Shown in pieces: positions 1-11,983 of a DNA stretch of 64,000 nt. The DNA comes from Macrostomum hystrix (lineage: Eukaryota; Animalia; Platyhelminthes). Where the stretch lies: positions 1,116,001 through 1,180,000 of the forward strand of contig CATNEN010000008.1 of the NCBI GenBank assembly GCA_950097015.1. The letters are read 5' to 3'. The translations under genes and the position numbers were made by a program. Positions within the stretch are counted from its first letter, which is position 1; each line of letters begins with the position of its first letter. The notes under the pieces were generated by a model, which saw only the letters and a list, made by a program, of their open reading frames with translations, searched no databases and was not told the DNA's origin.

Positions 1-2323
1 ATTTGAAGCACCTGTCTAACAGGTATTAAAACCCATTACCGAATACTTGAAGCACCTGTCTAACAGGTATTAAAACCCATTACCGAATACTTGAAGCACC
101 TGTCTAACAGGTATTGGAACACATTCCCGAATATTTGAAGCATCTGTCTAACAGGTATCGGAACACATTCCCGAATATTTGAGGCACCCGTCTAACAGGT
201 ATTGGAACACATTCCCGAATATTTGAGGCACCCGTCTAACAGGCATTGGAACACATTCCCGAATATTTGAAGCACCTGTCTAACAGGTATTGGAACACAT
301 TCCCGAATATTTGAAGCATCTGTCTAACAGGTATCGGAACACATTCCCGAATATTTGAGGCACCCGTCTAACAGGTATTGGAACACATTCCCAATTATTT
401 GAGGCACCCGTCTAACAGGTATTGGAACACATTCCCGAATAATTGAGGCACCCGTCTAACAGGCATTGGAACACATTCCCGAATATTTGAAGCACCTGTC
501 TAACAGGTATTGGAACAAATTCCCGAATATTTGAAGCACCTGTCTAGCAGATATTGGAACACATTCCCGAATATTTGAAGCATCTGTCTAACAGGTATCG
601 GAACACATTCCCGAATATTTGAGGCACCCGTCTAACAGGTATTGGAACACATTCCCAATTATTTGAGGCACCCGTCTAACAGGTATTGGAACACATTCCC
701 GAATATTTGAGGCATCCGTCTAACAGGCATTGGAACACATTCCCGAATATTCGAGGCACCCGTCTAACAGGCATTGGAACACATTCCCGAATATTTGAAG
801 CACCTGTCTAACAGGTATTGGAACACATTCCCGAATATTTGAGGCACCTGTCTAACAGGTATTGGAACACATTCCCGAATATTTGAAGCACCTGTCTAAC
901 AGGTATTAAAACCCATTACCGAATACTTGAAGCACCTGTCTAACAGGTATTAAAACCCATTACCGAATACTTGAAGCACCTGTCTAACAGGTATTGGAAC
1001 ACATTCCCGAATATTTGAAGCATCTGTCTAACAGGTATCTGAACACATTCCCGAATATTTGAGGCACCCGTCTAACAGGTATTGGAACACATTCCCGAAT
1101 ATTTGAAGCATCTGTCTAACAGGTATTGGAACACATTCCCGAATATTTGAAGCATCTGTCTAACAGGTATCGGAACACATTCCCGAATATTTGAGGCACC
1201 CGTCTAACAGGTATTGGAACACATTCCCAATTATTTGAGGCACCCGTCTAACAGGTATTGGAACACATTCCCGAATATTTGAGGCACCCGTCTAACAGGC
1301 ATTGGAACACATTCCCGAATATTTGAGGCACCCGTCTAACAGGTATTGGAACACATTCCCGAATATTTGAGGCACCCGTCTAACTGGCATTGGAACACAT
1401 TCCCGAATATTTGAAGCACCTGTCTAACAGGTATTGGAACACATTCCCGAATATTTGAGGCACCTGTCTAACAGGTATTGGAACACATTCCCGAATATTT
1501 GAGGCACCTGTCTAACAGGTATTGGAACACATTCCCGAATATTTGAAGCACCTGTCTAACAGGTATTAAAACCCATTACCGAATACTTGAAGCACCTGTC
1601 TAACAGGTATTAAAACCCATTACCGAATACTTGAAGCACCTGTCTAACAGGTATAGGAACACATTCCCGAATATTTGAGGCACCTGTCTAACAGGTATCT
1701 GAACACATTCCCGAATATTTGAAGCACCCGTCTAACAGGTATTGGAACACATTCCCGAATATTTGAAGCACCTGTCTAACAGGTATAGGAACACATTCCC
1801 GAATATTTGAAGCACCTGTCTAACAGGTATTGGAACACATTCCCGAATATTTGAGGCACCTGTCTAACAGGTATTGGAACACATTCCCGAATATTTGAAG
1901 CACCTGTCTAACAGGTATCGGAACACATTCCCGAATATTTGAGGCACCCGTCTAACAGGCATTGGAACACATTCCCGAATATTTGAAGCACCCGTCTAAC
2001 AGGTATTGGAACACATTCCCGAATATTTGAAGCACCTGTCTAACAGGTATAAGAACACATTCCCGAATATTTGAGGCACCTGTCTAACAGGTATCTGAAC
2101 ACATTCCCGAATATTTGAAGCACCTGTCTAACAGGTATCGGAACACATTCCCGAATATTTGAAGCACCCGTCTAACAGGTATTGGAACACATTCCCGAAT
2201 ATTTGAGGCACTTGTCTAACAGGTATCGGAACACATTCCCGAATATTTGAAGCACCTGTCTAACAGGTATTGGAACACATTCCCGAATATTTGAAGCACC
2301 TGTCTAACAGGTATTGGAACACA
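1..2323. repeat. 44-bp minisatellite (about 53 units), running off the window start
   Basis: Unit ATTTGAAGCACCTGTCTAACAGGTATTGGAACACATTCCCGAAT repeats head-to-tail with period 44 and no spacers. Confidence 0.97.
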
Positions 2324-2845
2324 TGCATAAACACTGGAATCTTATAAATGGAAAAGGATTCGAACGAACCTCTGACGCTTCACCTTTCATAATATTTTTA
2401 TGAAACTCGTTGGTAACATATAGAGAGCAAATTCATGTGATTTTTAATTTTTAATACAAGAGGCTAGCCTTGCGGTATTTAGTTTCCTCTCTGCCTAAAA
2501 TAATTCACATAAAAGTACATCAATAACGTGTTTAATGCATAATATATGTATATTTATTGCAATAGATTGGAAGTACTATGGCATAATATACTGAATTTTA
2601 TAGTTACAAAACCAAAGGCACCATGCTAATTAAATATTGGAGGCCATTGGATCGGTACGAATGACACCATATTGTGCGTTTACTTTTGCACTTTTACTTT
2701 CGGGGTCACGCACACAGTACGTGCGCGCTTAAAGTGCACCTTTAGTTGTCTGTCACTCGGCAACGTCAAGGCCATGGACAGCGCCGACAGCGGCGGTTAT
2801 GCGAATTCTTATTGTCAAATCTGACACAGCTATAAAAACTAGTTA

Positions 2846-3741
2846 AGTAACAGAGTGACAGATTGACAGAGGGAAGAGTGACAGAGGGAAGAGTGACAGA
2901 GTGAAGAGTGACAGAGTGAAGAGTGACAGAGTGAAGAGTGACAGAGTGAAGAGTGACAGAGTGAAGAGTGACAGAGTAAAGAGTGACAGAGTGAAGAGTG
3001 ACAGAGTGAAGAGTGACAGAGTGAAGAGTGACAGAGTGAAGAGTGACAGAGTGAAGAGTGACAGAGTGAAAAGTGACAGAGTGGCAGAGTGAAGAGTGAC
3101 AGAGTAAAGAGTGACAGAGTGGCTTAGTGAAGAGTGACAGAGTGAAGAGTGACAGAGTGAAGAGTGACAGAGTGAAGAGTGACAGAGTGAAGAGTGACAG
3201 AGTGAAAAGTGACAGAGTGGCAGAGTGAAGAGTGACAGAGTCAAGAGTGACAGAGTGAAGAGTGACAGAGGGAAGAGTGACAGAGTGAAAAGTGACAGAG
3301 TGGCAGAGTGAAGAGTGACAGAGTCAAGAGTGACAGAGTGAAGAGTGACAGAGTGAAGAGTGACAGAGTGAAGAGTGACAGAGTGAAGAGTGACAGAGTG
3401 AAGAGTGACAGAGTGAAGAGTGACAGAGTGAAAAGTGACAGAGTGGCAGAGTGAAGAGTGACAGAGTCAAGAGTGACAGAGTGGCTTAGTGAAGAGTGAC
3501 AGAGTGAAGAGTGACAGAGTGAAGAGTGACAGAGTGAAGAGTGACAGAGGGAAGAGTGACAGAGTGAAGAGTGACAGAGTGAAGAGTGACAGAGGGAAGA
3601 GTGACAGAGGGAAGAGTGACAGAGTGAAGAGTGACAGAGTGAAGAATGACAGAGTGAAGAGTGACAGAGGGAAGATTGACAGAGTGGCTTAGTGAAGAGT
3701 GACAGAGTGAAGAGTGAGAGAGTGAAGAGTGACAGAGTGAA
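2846..3741. repeat. 15-bp minisatellite (GAGTGACAGAGTGAA)n
   Basis: Direct reading of tandem units; this array produces the spurious KSDRV and TLSLF ORFs. Confidence 0.95.
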
Positions 3742-4053
3742 GCTGGCATGAATGCCTTCCTGGACCTTCCCCCTTTAGATCTTTTTATCAAAGGGGAAGC
3801 GATGAAGACGGCTCGTCGTCTTCTGGACGCGGGCGTCTCCATCCGGAAGCAACTTGCCTTCAGCAAGCGGAACCTCCAGCCCCATGGCTAGAGCCATGTC
3901 TCGACCTCAGCCTACATCACGCCGGCATCACCGGATCCCCCTGCGCGACACCGCAGCTTTAGTTGCCCGTGGTCGCCAGTGGCTAGCGGAATGGGCGGCA
4001 ACGCCTCCCCGCTGAATCCGAAGGATGCCCCCTGCAGCTAAGTCAGAGTCAAG
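3742..4053 (+). mobile_element. 5'-truncated, internally deleted copy of a LINE related to the 6050-12106 element
   Basis: 3742-3890 translates as [49 protein letters not shown], matching ORF2 [48 protein letters not shown]. It ends in CCCCCTGCAGCTAAGTCAGAGTCAAG, like the LINE 3' tail. Confidence 0.88.
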
Positions 4054-4330
4054 ACAGAGGGAAGAGTGACAGAGGGAAGAGTGACAGAGGGAAGAGTGAC
4101 GGAGTGAAGAGTGACGGAGTGAAGAGTGACAGAGTAAAGAGGGAAGAGTGATAAAGTGAGGAGTAACAGAGTGACGGAGTGACGGAGTGAAGAGTGACAG
4201 AGTGAAGAGGGAAGAGTGATAAAGTGAGGAGTAACAGAGTGACGGAGTGACGGAGTGAAGAGTGACAGAGTGAAGAGGGAAGAGTGATAAAGTGAAGAGT
4301 AACAGAGTGACAGAGTGATGGAAGGAAGAG
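4054..4330. repeat. Degenerate GAGTGACAGA-family repeat (paralog at 41117-41400)
   Basis: Mixed 10-15-bp units of the same family as 2846-3741; a near-identical block follows 41117. Confidence 0.85.
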
Positions 4331-5412
4331 TTACAGAGCGAAATAGTGACAGTCCCTCCAGAGTGAAGAGTAACAGTGAGACAGTGTGAGAGAGTTAAGA
4401 AGTGAATGAATTTATCACAGAATGCGAGTAACAGCAGTGTGATGTTGCGAAGCGTCGTGCGAAGATCATAAGCAACTTCCTTCGAAAAGCTCTAAGCAGC
4501 TGTAGGCACTGTCGCAAAGATGTCTATCACATTTTCAGAAGGCCATTTTTGGACTGATGACGTCAGTTTTAACAAATTTTCGAAAACTACCTAAGCTATT
4601 CGCTAACTAGAAACAGGAAATATTTTATGGCTTTCAGGTGCAAAATAGCCAGACTTTTTAAGCAGTTAATTCAATACGAATGACAAATTTACAATTGCAT
4701 CTTGCCTAGTTTTCGTCTTGTTCATCGTAACAATCGCGTGTTAACAAAATTGCATTTAAAAGTACGGGAAATAGTTTAACAAAACGCTGAATCAAACGAA
4801 CAATCCAACCCTGTGGAATAAGTTATGAAAAATAAGTAACCAACTAATATCTTTTAAATATGTTTTACCCTCCATAGATAATTTTGTGTTCATATAGTTT
4901 GACAAATGATTCTAGAAATAAAAAGTAGCAGAAAAACAATCAAAGAAAATACGAGTACAAAAGATAGTAAAAAACGGTGTAAAATGTATCTGCATATCTA
5001 TATATACATATAAGAACACGTATTAGCGACGTAAGACCGCTGAAAAACAGTGTATCACATTAAAAATTTTGATTTTACTATTTTTTTGGATTTTACTACT
5101 GAATTTCTTGTACCACTACTTTCAGTAGAATTTGATGTAAATTACATCGTTTTGATTTAAGCAATTTCATCCTCAAAGCAGACATGTCAAGCATAGTCAT
5201 TGTTGCATACTCTAATTTAATTTCTTAAATGTATAAAAAATAAAGAAAAATTTACGATTATTGTCTGTGACTGATATGAAGAACATTTTTATCTGAACGA
5301 ACAAAGTCCAACTGTTAAACCAAAGCGTGGTTAAATGTTGCATTTTTTAAATACCAGCAATTATCGAGAATCATGAGAACACACAGTTATTCTAGTAGAC
5401 CTAGTAAACGTG

Positions 5413-5754
5413 ATGCTTTCATCGTTAATTATTGAGTTGGTAACAAAGAAGCTTTCCAGCATTCCAGGTGCATTTAATTTCATTGTTATTATTGGGGTGC
5501 TGCTGGCTCGATATTGGGTGTCAGTCGGACAGCCAGTAAGAAGGCTAAATATTGGAGCTAAGTATTGGAGCGGGAACCTGAGCCCCAGTTCCTGTCCAAG
5601 TTGCGTCGGGGCGTCGCAGGTGTGCCAGGGCGCCAGTTTGAATCTTCCCGGCGACATCCTGCTAGGCGGCCTGTTCCTAGTGCACGAGAAGGCGGCGCCG
5701 CGAGGCTGCGGCCAAATTAGCGAGAATCGCGGGGTTCAACGACTCGAGGCCATG
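5413..5754 (+). pseudogene. Metabotropic glutamate receptor-like exon 1, copy 1, truncated by a deletion
   Basis: Encodes LPGDILLGGLFLVHEK...CG...RGVQRLEAM, the mGluR Venus flytrap N-terminus. It is identical to 42309-42650 and then jumps to intron sequence that lies near 43040 in copy 2, a deletion of about 380 bp. Confidence 0.88.
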
Positions 5755-6049
5755 TTTCTTGCTTTAACGCTTTCTACCTTAATTCTACTTTCTATCTTTC
5801 TTCTACCTTACTAAGGTACATTACTTCCAGCAGCGTGTTTCTACATTTCTCAGATAACCACCGGGTTTGCTTAGAATTACAACAAAATATTTGCACGGAG
5901 TGGCCCAGATTTTACCATAGAATCTGCCGCAAACTGCAATCAAATTGGCCAGCAGTAAACTTAGCAATCAGTTGCATTGTACTGGAGGATATTCATTAAG
6001 TAAACAGTGCAAGAAACGATAAACATGCCTACTGACTGTACATACTGAA

Positions 6050-6276
6050 GCTCGCACCGGCGGGACACAGTGCCTGTGAGGTATGAGTCAGTCCAGGCCC
6101 ACGGGCTTTGGTCTGCGATGCCTCACACCTGCAGCCGTTTTTTGAGCAGGCCTGGCAGGAAGGAGACCTGTACCTTCGGGTGCAGGAATCCCTCCAACGC
6201 TGTCCCGTCAGCTGACCCATGGGTACACGTCCCGCGAGTGTTCAAGGCTGACCCTAGGGCAGCCGGACAGAATGGG
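6050..6276 (+). ncRNA. HDV-like self-cleaving ribozyme fold at the LINE 5' end
   Basis: P1 GCUCGC(6050-55)/GCGAGU(6234-39) with a G.U pair at +1; P2 CCCAU(6216-20)/AUGGG(6272-76); P3 GGG/CCC around L3 UACACGU; P1.1 AC/GU; P4 GGCUG...CAGCC; J4/2 CAGA with C6268. The predicted cleavage site coincides with the element boundary. Confidence 0.8.
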
Positions 6277-6718
6277 CAACAGCGCTGGATGACCCATCCA
6301 GGGCCTCCGGCCAAACTGGGTACCTCTAGCCCCGGCTGGAGGGAAAGGTGTCACCCTTTGACCTTAACAGGGTATGTGGCTTGTCCGCAATTTTCGTGCA
6401 CCTGTGCGTGATCAGGTACCTCTGGCTACGGCCCTGAGGGACAGGTGTCACCCTTTGACCTTAACAGGGTTTGCGGCCAGCCCGCAGGCCTCGGCGCCGG
6501 CTCAATGGCACCCTCCAATGTCCCAGTGTTGACCGTGCTGATGGACGCTTGGCCAGGGAGTAGTCTGGTCTCTTACGGTTCCTCCCGGTGGTCCTGGCAT
6601 CCCACCCCGGGTTGTAACTTGTCTTTTTTGGCTGCCCCCGCTCAGTTTTGGGATCGCGGCTGAGCGGGTTATTCCTGCCTGTGTCTACAGGAAGCCCCTC
6701 TCTTCATTGCAGCTTTCA

Positions 6719-8266
6719 ATGGCTTCTAGCCCTTCAACTGCTCCGGCCGAGGACACCATGGTGCCTGAGGCCATACACGCTGCGGCGCCCGGGCTAGCTG
6801 GCCCCGCGACCGCCACAAATGCCGCGCTGCCCAACTCGCGCGATGACCGGGGCGCTAAGCGCTCCACCACCTCTGGAGCGGCAAAACGCCGTAGGCGCAT
6901 GCTGGCCCACGGCACGTCGGCTCCATTGACCAAGGACCAGGCCCAGGCCAGAGGGGCCGAAGGGGCTCTGCCTAGGGCGGGGGCTGGGGCGGGGGGCCTT
7001 GTGCCTCCTGCCCAGGCTCCTGCACGGGGCGGAGCCCACGACGCCCCGAGGCCAGGGTCGCGGGCCAAGGAGGGCCCGGCGCCCATCCGGACGGCTGCCC
7101 GGCCCGAAGGAGAAGCGGAGGCGGAGGGCCCTGTGCCCACCGCCGACGCAGATCCCGAGGGTGGGGACGCCACCGGACAGGGCCCGGGACCACAAGCTAC
7201 CTACGCCGCCATCGCACGTAGGCAACCTGCCGTCATCATCACCGGCAGAGACGGGAAAAGGCTGAGCAGCGAACAGCTCAGCGACATTTGCCGCAACATA
7301 GATGCTATGTTGTGGCAACTTCAACTGAAGGGCGAGCCCCTGGCGGTCGGCGCAAGCGCTACCAGGGAATCGTGCTTCGTCGTCTGGCCCGGCGATGCGG
7401 AATCGGGGCGGCGGCTCCTCGAGTTGCTGCCCACGCAGAGCTGGGCGGCTGGCCTCGAGTTCCTACGGGAGAACGAGCCACCAAAGACCAAGCGACACCG
7501 TATCTTCGTCCCGGCGAAAAGTGTCGTCACCAGCGCTGAGGACCTCCGCAGGGGCCTCATCGCGATGAACCGGGAGCTGCCGACAGCGGGCCTGATCGTG
7601 CACCGCACGATCCTGCGCCCCGACGGCACCGGTTTCACCGCCATTCTGGGCCTGTCCGAGCAATGGACACGCCGCTACCCAGATGGCGCCAACATTTGCA
7701 TTGGTCTGTGGAAGACCAAAATCTTCGCCTTCGAGGCGGATAAAACCCGAGGTCAGACCGGGCCCACCACCGTACCGGCCAATGAAGGGTCCTCGGACCC
7801 CAAGGCTGGGACTGGGGGCAGGGCCCAGTCGTCCCGCCAAAAAAGGCCAGAGCGTGCCATCGCTGGCAGCTCTGAGCGTCGCCCCGCGCGTGTCACAAAG
7901 CGCCGGGGCCTTCTCCAGCGGGCCTCCGAGGTGGTGCGAACCGCCAAGATGGCCCAGCTGCGCGCTGAGATGCGCGGTGGCCCACCGGGGCAGGCGCCGC
8001 AACCAAGGGCTACGGGGGAGGCCTCAGAGGTGCCCAGCTCCATCGAGCAGGGCCCTTCGAGCGCCCCTCCCACGGCCCAGGGAGCGGTGTCGGCTCCAGT
8101 TGAGGGCGACTCTGGGCCTGGGCTCGGGGCCGGGGGCGGGGACTGGGCGGCTGACGCCGTCGAGTTCCCGTCTCCGGCTCGGGGCCTGGGCACGGAGGAG
8201 CCCATGGCTACCGACATCGACCCGGAGGAGGAGGACCGCCTTCTGGCTGGGTCCCCCTCCAAGTAG
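6719..8266 (+). CDS. LINE ORF1 protein (putative nucleic-acid-binding protein)
   Basis: Long open frame directly upstream of ORF2 within the TSD-bounded element; first ATG at 6719. No CCHC knuckle seen. The central RHRIFVP...MNRELPT...ICIGLWK segment resembles LOA-clade ORF1 (DUF4780-like; inference). Confidence 0.85.
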   Translation: MASSPSTAPAEDTMVPEAIHAAAPGLAGPATATNAALPNSRDDRGAKRSTTSGAAKRRRRMLAHGTSAPLTKDQAQARGAEGALPRAGAGAGGLVPPAQAPARGGAHDAPRPGSRAKEGPAPIRTAARPEGEAEAEGPVPTADADPEGGDATGQGPGPQATYAAIARRQPAVIITGRDGKRLSSEQLSDICRNIDAMLWQLQLKGEPLAVGASATRESCFVVWPGDAESGRRLLELLPTQSWAAGLEFLRENEPPKTKRHRIFVPAKSVVTSAEDLRRGLIAMNRELPTAGLIVHRTILRPDGTGFTAILGLSEQWTRRYPDGANICIGLWKTKIFAFEADKTRGQTGPTTVPANEGSSDPKAGTGGRAQSSRQKRPERAIAGSSERRPARVTKRRGLLQRASEVVRTAKMAQLRAEMRGGPPGQAPQPRATGEASEVPSSIEQGPSSAPPTAQGAVSAPVEGDSGPGLGAGGGDWAADAVEFPSPARGLGTEEPMATDIDPEEEDRLLAGSPSK

Positions 8267-8278
8267 ACCTCTGCCTGC

Positions 8279-11200
8279 ATGATGATCCCCGGAATATCAT
8301 GTCTGCAAGTTAACACCCAGCACTGCGTGGCAGCATCAGTCAATCTGATGCGCACGACAGAGCGCATGATGCCGGGCCTTGTACTTGTGCAGGAGCCCTG
8401 GCTATCAAAGAACAAGCCAAGCAACATTCCTGCTGGCTATGACTGCTTCTGCATGGCAGACTCTGTCCGCCCTAGATCACTGATCTATGCCGCAAAAGCC
8501 TTAAATGCGTGGATGAGACCCGATCTCTCTAACGGGGACATCTGCGTCATCCAATCTGCACACATTGTGCCTAACAAGTTGACCCTCGTGGCATCCGCCT
8601 ACCTGGCAGGCGACGCCCCCGTGGTTAGCGATACCCTCGTCGCCCTCTGTGAATTCGCCAGGGCACGAAACTTCGAGCTGCTCCTCGCGGGAGATGTAAA
8701 CTCGCATCACACCCACTGGGGTAGCTCAAAAATCAATGACTGCGGCGAAGAGCTCCTGGCCTTCGTCAGCGGCACGCCTCTAAACTTCTGCAATGTGGGC
8801 AACACGCCCACTTTCGACAATGGGCGGTGGGCTGAGGTGCTTGACGTCACCCTGGCCTCACCCGGCATCCTCCCAAGGGTGCTGGGATGGGAGGTGTGGG
8901 AGACCGAAAGCTCGCTCTCGGACCACCGTTTCATCCGTTTCAACATCGGCACCCCCGATAAGAAGCAAAAGCCTATTTGGAGGCGTAATGTCAGAAATAC
9001 CGACTGGCCCGCGTTCAGCCAAAAGCTGCATGAGGGCCTTCGGGATTCTGACCCCTCCATGGCCATGGAAACCACGCAGGACCTGGATGGAGTGGCTGCC
9101 CTGCTGGGCGGCGCCATCACAGAGGCCTACGAAATGGCTTGCCCGCTCAAAGCCTACAAAGGCAAAAAATCGGCCCCCTGGTGGAACCCCGAGCTCGGAG
9201 TCCTAAGACGCCGAGCTAAGGCTCTCCAGAGGAAGCTGAAAACCTCGCACGACCCTGATGACAAAGAGGCCTATACTCGCGCCATCCATGAGTTTAAGGG
9301 CCGGGTCAGAAGGGCAAAAGCGGACAAGTGGCGACAATACTGCGAAGGGCTTGAGGGCTCGCGGCCCACGGCCCGCGTGGTAAAGGCGCTCACCAACGAC
9401 CGCTTCTCCAAGCTCTCATCGATTAAAAAGCCGGACGGCTCGATCACTGAGCGCCCGGAGGAAACGCTCGAGCTTATGCTAGGGCATTTCTTCCCGAGTG
9501 TACCGGCGCACTTCGGCCCAGACGACCACTCGCGTGGAGGTCAGGGCCTGGCTCAGTCACTCGTTACGAATGACCGCATCGTTCGCGCGGCTAAGTCATT
9601 CAATCCTTTTAAAGCACCTGGGCCAGATGGTATATATCCGGCCTTTCTGCATGAAGCGGTTAAAAATGGCCGCTTCCTCCATCTCCTCTGCAGACTTCTA
9701 CGGGCCTGCATCGTGCTGGGCTACGTACCAGCGCGGTGGCATGAAGCCCGGGTCGTCTTCATCCCGAAGCCCGCCAAAGGCGACTATCGCTCGGTCAAGT
9801 CTTATCGCCCGATAAGCTTGACTTCCACCTGCCTCAAGCTCATGGAAAGACTGGTGCTCTGGCGCCTTCTTACTGTAGAGCTAGGGCGGGCCCCGCTCTC
9901 ACCAAACCAGCACGCCTTTCGGGCGGGCCGGTCCACGGAGAGCGCCCTCCACTGCATTGTGGAGACTCTCGAGAAGGCAGTGCTGGGCAGCGGTTTTGCC
10001 CTGGCTGTTTTCCTTGATATTGAGGGGGCCTTCGATAACGTTATTTTCGAAGCCTTTGAGAAGGCCCTGGTTTCCAGGGCCACTCACCCCCACCTCGTCC
10101 GTTGGGTCATGTACATGATCCGGAATCGCCACGTGGTGGCCCACCTCGAAGGCAGGGTGCTCTCGGCACCTGTCCTAAAAGGAGGGCCCCAAGGTGGCGT
10201 CCTCACCCCACTGCTGTGGAATCTCGTCATGGATGAGCTGCTAAAAAGCACTCGGCCTGACCCAGTCCTGAAGGTGGGATATGCCGACGATGTGACCGCC
10301 ATCTGCGCGGGCCCCTCGGCGGAAACCACCAGGGACCTCATTCAGGGCTTTATCAACAGGGCGGTGCGCTGGGCGGACCAATGCGGGCTCCGACTCTCTG
10401 AGTCCAAGACCGTTGCGGTTATGTTTACCAGCAGGCTGCGCTGGACCATTGAGCCTCTGACTCTCTATGGCAAGAATATTGCCATGGAAAAGCAGGTCCG
10501 GTGCCTTGGTATCCTGCTAGACCATAGGCTTAACTGGACCCCGCACATTACCACAAAGGCCAAGAGGGCCCTGGCCATTCTGGCGCAAGTCAGGCGAGCC
10601 GTGGGCACCACTTGGGGGCTAACCCCCAAAAACCTTTGGTGGATTTACACGGCGATCATTAGACCGTCAGTCGCTTACGCTGGCCTCATCTGGGCCAGTG
10701 CCATGAGCATCCAGAAAAACCTGGAGGCGCTTTATAGGGTGCAGGGCAGAGCCTGTCGCATGACGCTGGGCGCCCCACCCTCCACTCCCTTTGAAGGCAT
10801 GAACGCTTTCCTCAACGCTACACCCATTGACATTTTTGTTAAGGGGGAAGCGGCAAAGTCCACCCGTCGTCTCCTTGATGCGGGTGTATCCTTCCAGAAT
10901 TCGCGAGCCTTCTCGAAGCGCTCCCTTCTGCCCCACTCTGACCTCTGCCTGAAAACTCTGGGCGAGTGCGGAGGGCTCACCATCCTTTCGGACGGGGCCC
11001 CGGCCACTTTACTCCGGAGCCACAGGTACAAAGTCAGCATCTTCCCTCGTAATGAGGTAAAGGACTGCTGGGATGACCCCGCAGTCCACTGTTACACTGA
11101 CGGCTCCCTGATGAACGGTAAATCGGGATTCGGGGTGTGCGTCGCCTCGGGTGGCGAGGTCCTCTGGACCCACTCCCAACACTGTGGCAAGAGCTCAAGC

Positions 11201-11983
11201 GTTTTCCAAAACGAAATGCTCGCCATCAGTTTCTGTGCGGCTGAGCTGCGCCAGAGGCAGCTGGCTGGTCGGAGGATCTTTTTTCACTCCGACAGTCAAG
11301 CAGCCCTCAAGGCCCTCAGTCGCTGCACCTCTCGCTCCAGAACCACCTTGGACTGCAACACCCAGTTAAACGGTTTGGCGCAGTCTAACAAGGTGGAGCT
11401 GATGTGGATCCCTGGGCACGCCGGGCTCACAGGGAATGAGATGGCGGACGAGCTTGCAAAGGCTGGAGCAGCCAGCTCCCTGATGGGCCCGGGCCCGGAA
11501 TCCCCGATCCCCGCCTCCGTTGTCAACTCCAGCATCAACCACTGGATGGAGACCCAGCACCGGAGGAGGTGGTCCAGCACCCTGAACTGTCGCCAGTCCA
11601 GGGCTGCGGTGCCAACCCCCTCTAGTAACCTGCGTAAGGCCTTACTCAGGCTAAACCGCAGAGACCTGAGAGCAGTCACCATGGCCCTTTCGGGACATGG
11701 CTGCTTCACCAGACACCGCTACCTCCAAGGCCACGTGCCTGAGGAAACGTGTCCTTTCTGCTGCTCCGGCCGTGAAAACGCCGAGCATTTCATTTGCCAC
11801 TGCCCGGCCTTCACCCGGGCTAGGCTAAAACACCTCGGGCCGGCACCGACTCTTGCCGAAGCCTGCTCGCCCGAGAACATCCCTCAGCTCGCCCACTTCC
11901 TCCGGGATACCGGCCGAGCTGATTTCTTCCCAGCCTATGGCGAGGAAGATCGCGCGGCGGAACCGACCGACGGACCACCCTGA
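8279..11983 (+). CDS. LINE ORF2: APE endonuclease, reverse transcriptase, RNase H, C-terminal Cys/His knuckle (1234 aa)
   Basis: APE motifs VQEPW, GDVNSHH, LDVT, SDHRFI; RT motifs [34 protein letters not shown]; RNase H motifs [27 protein letters not shown]; CPFC...EHFICHC. Confidence 0.97.
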   Translation: MMIPGISCLQVNTQHCVAASVNLMRTTERMMPGLVLVQEPWLSKNKPSNIPAGYDCFCMADSVRPRSLIYAAKALNAWMRPDLSNGDICVIQSAHIVPNKLTLVASAYLAGDAPVVSDTLVALCEFARARNFELLLAGDVNSHHTHWGSSKINDCGEELLAFVSGTPLNFCNVGNTPTFDNGRWAEVLDVTLASPGILPRVLGWEVWETESSLSDHRFIRFNIGTPDKKQKPIWRRNVRNTDWPAFSQKLHEGLRDSDPSMAMETTQDLDGVAALLGGAITEAYEMACPLKAYKGKKSAPWWNPELGVLRRRAKALQRKLKTSHDPDDKEAYTRAIHEFKGRVRRAKADKWRQYCEGLEGSRPTARVVKALTNDRFSKLSSIKKPDGSITERPEETLELMLGHFFPSVPAHFGPDDHSRGGQGLAQSLVTNDRIVRAAKSFNPFKAPGPDGIYPAFLHEAVKNGRFLHLLCRLLRACIVLGYVPARWHEARVVFIPKPAKGDYRSVKSYRPISLTSTCLKLMERLVLWRLLTVELGRAPLSPNQHAFRAGRSTESALHCIVETLEKAVLGSGFALAVFLDIEGAFDNVIFEAFEKALVSRATHPHLVRWVMYMIRNRHVVAHLEGRVLSAPVLKGGPQGGVLTPLLWNLVMDELLKSTRPDPVLKVGYADDVTAICAGPSAETTRDLIQGFINRAVRWADQCGLRLSESKTVAVMFTSRLRWTIEPLTLYGKNIAMEKQVRCLGILLDHRLNWTPHITTKAKRALAILAQVRRAVGTTWGLTPKNLWWIYTAIIRPSVAYAGLIWASAMSIQKNLEALYRVQGRACRMTLGAPPSTPFEGMNAFLNATPIDIFVKGEAAKSTRRLLDAGVSFQNSRAFSKRSLLPHSDLCLKTLGECGGLTILSDGAPATLLRSHRYKVSIFPRNEVKDCWDDPAVHCYTDGSLMNGKSGFGVCVASGGEVLWTHSQHCGKSSSVFQNEMLAISFCAAELRQRQLAGRRIFFHSDSQAALKALSRCTSRSRTTLDCNTQLNGLAQSNKVELMWIPGHAGLTGNEMADELAKAGAASSLMGPGPESPIPASVVNSSINHWMETQHRRRWSSTLNCRQSRAAVPTPSSNLRKALLRLNRRDLRAVTMALSGHGCFTRHRYLQGHVPEETCPFCCSGRENAEHFICHCPAFTRARLKHLGPAPTLAEACSPENIPQLAHFLRDTGRADFFPAYGEEDRAAEPTDGPP

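Noticed and set aside
1-2323. 44-bp palindromic repeat as a CRISPR array (likewise the 33-bp array at 13675)
   Set aside because: Units abut directly with no unique spacers, there are no cas genes, and the context is eukaryotic.
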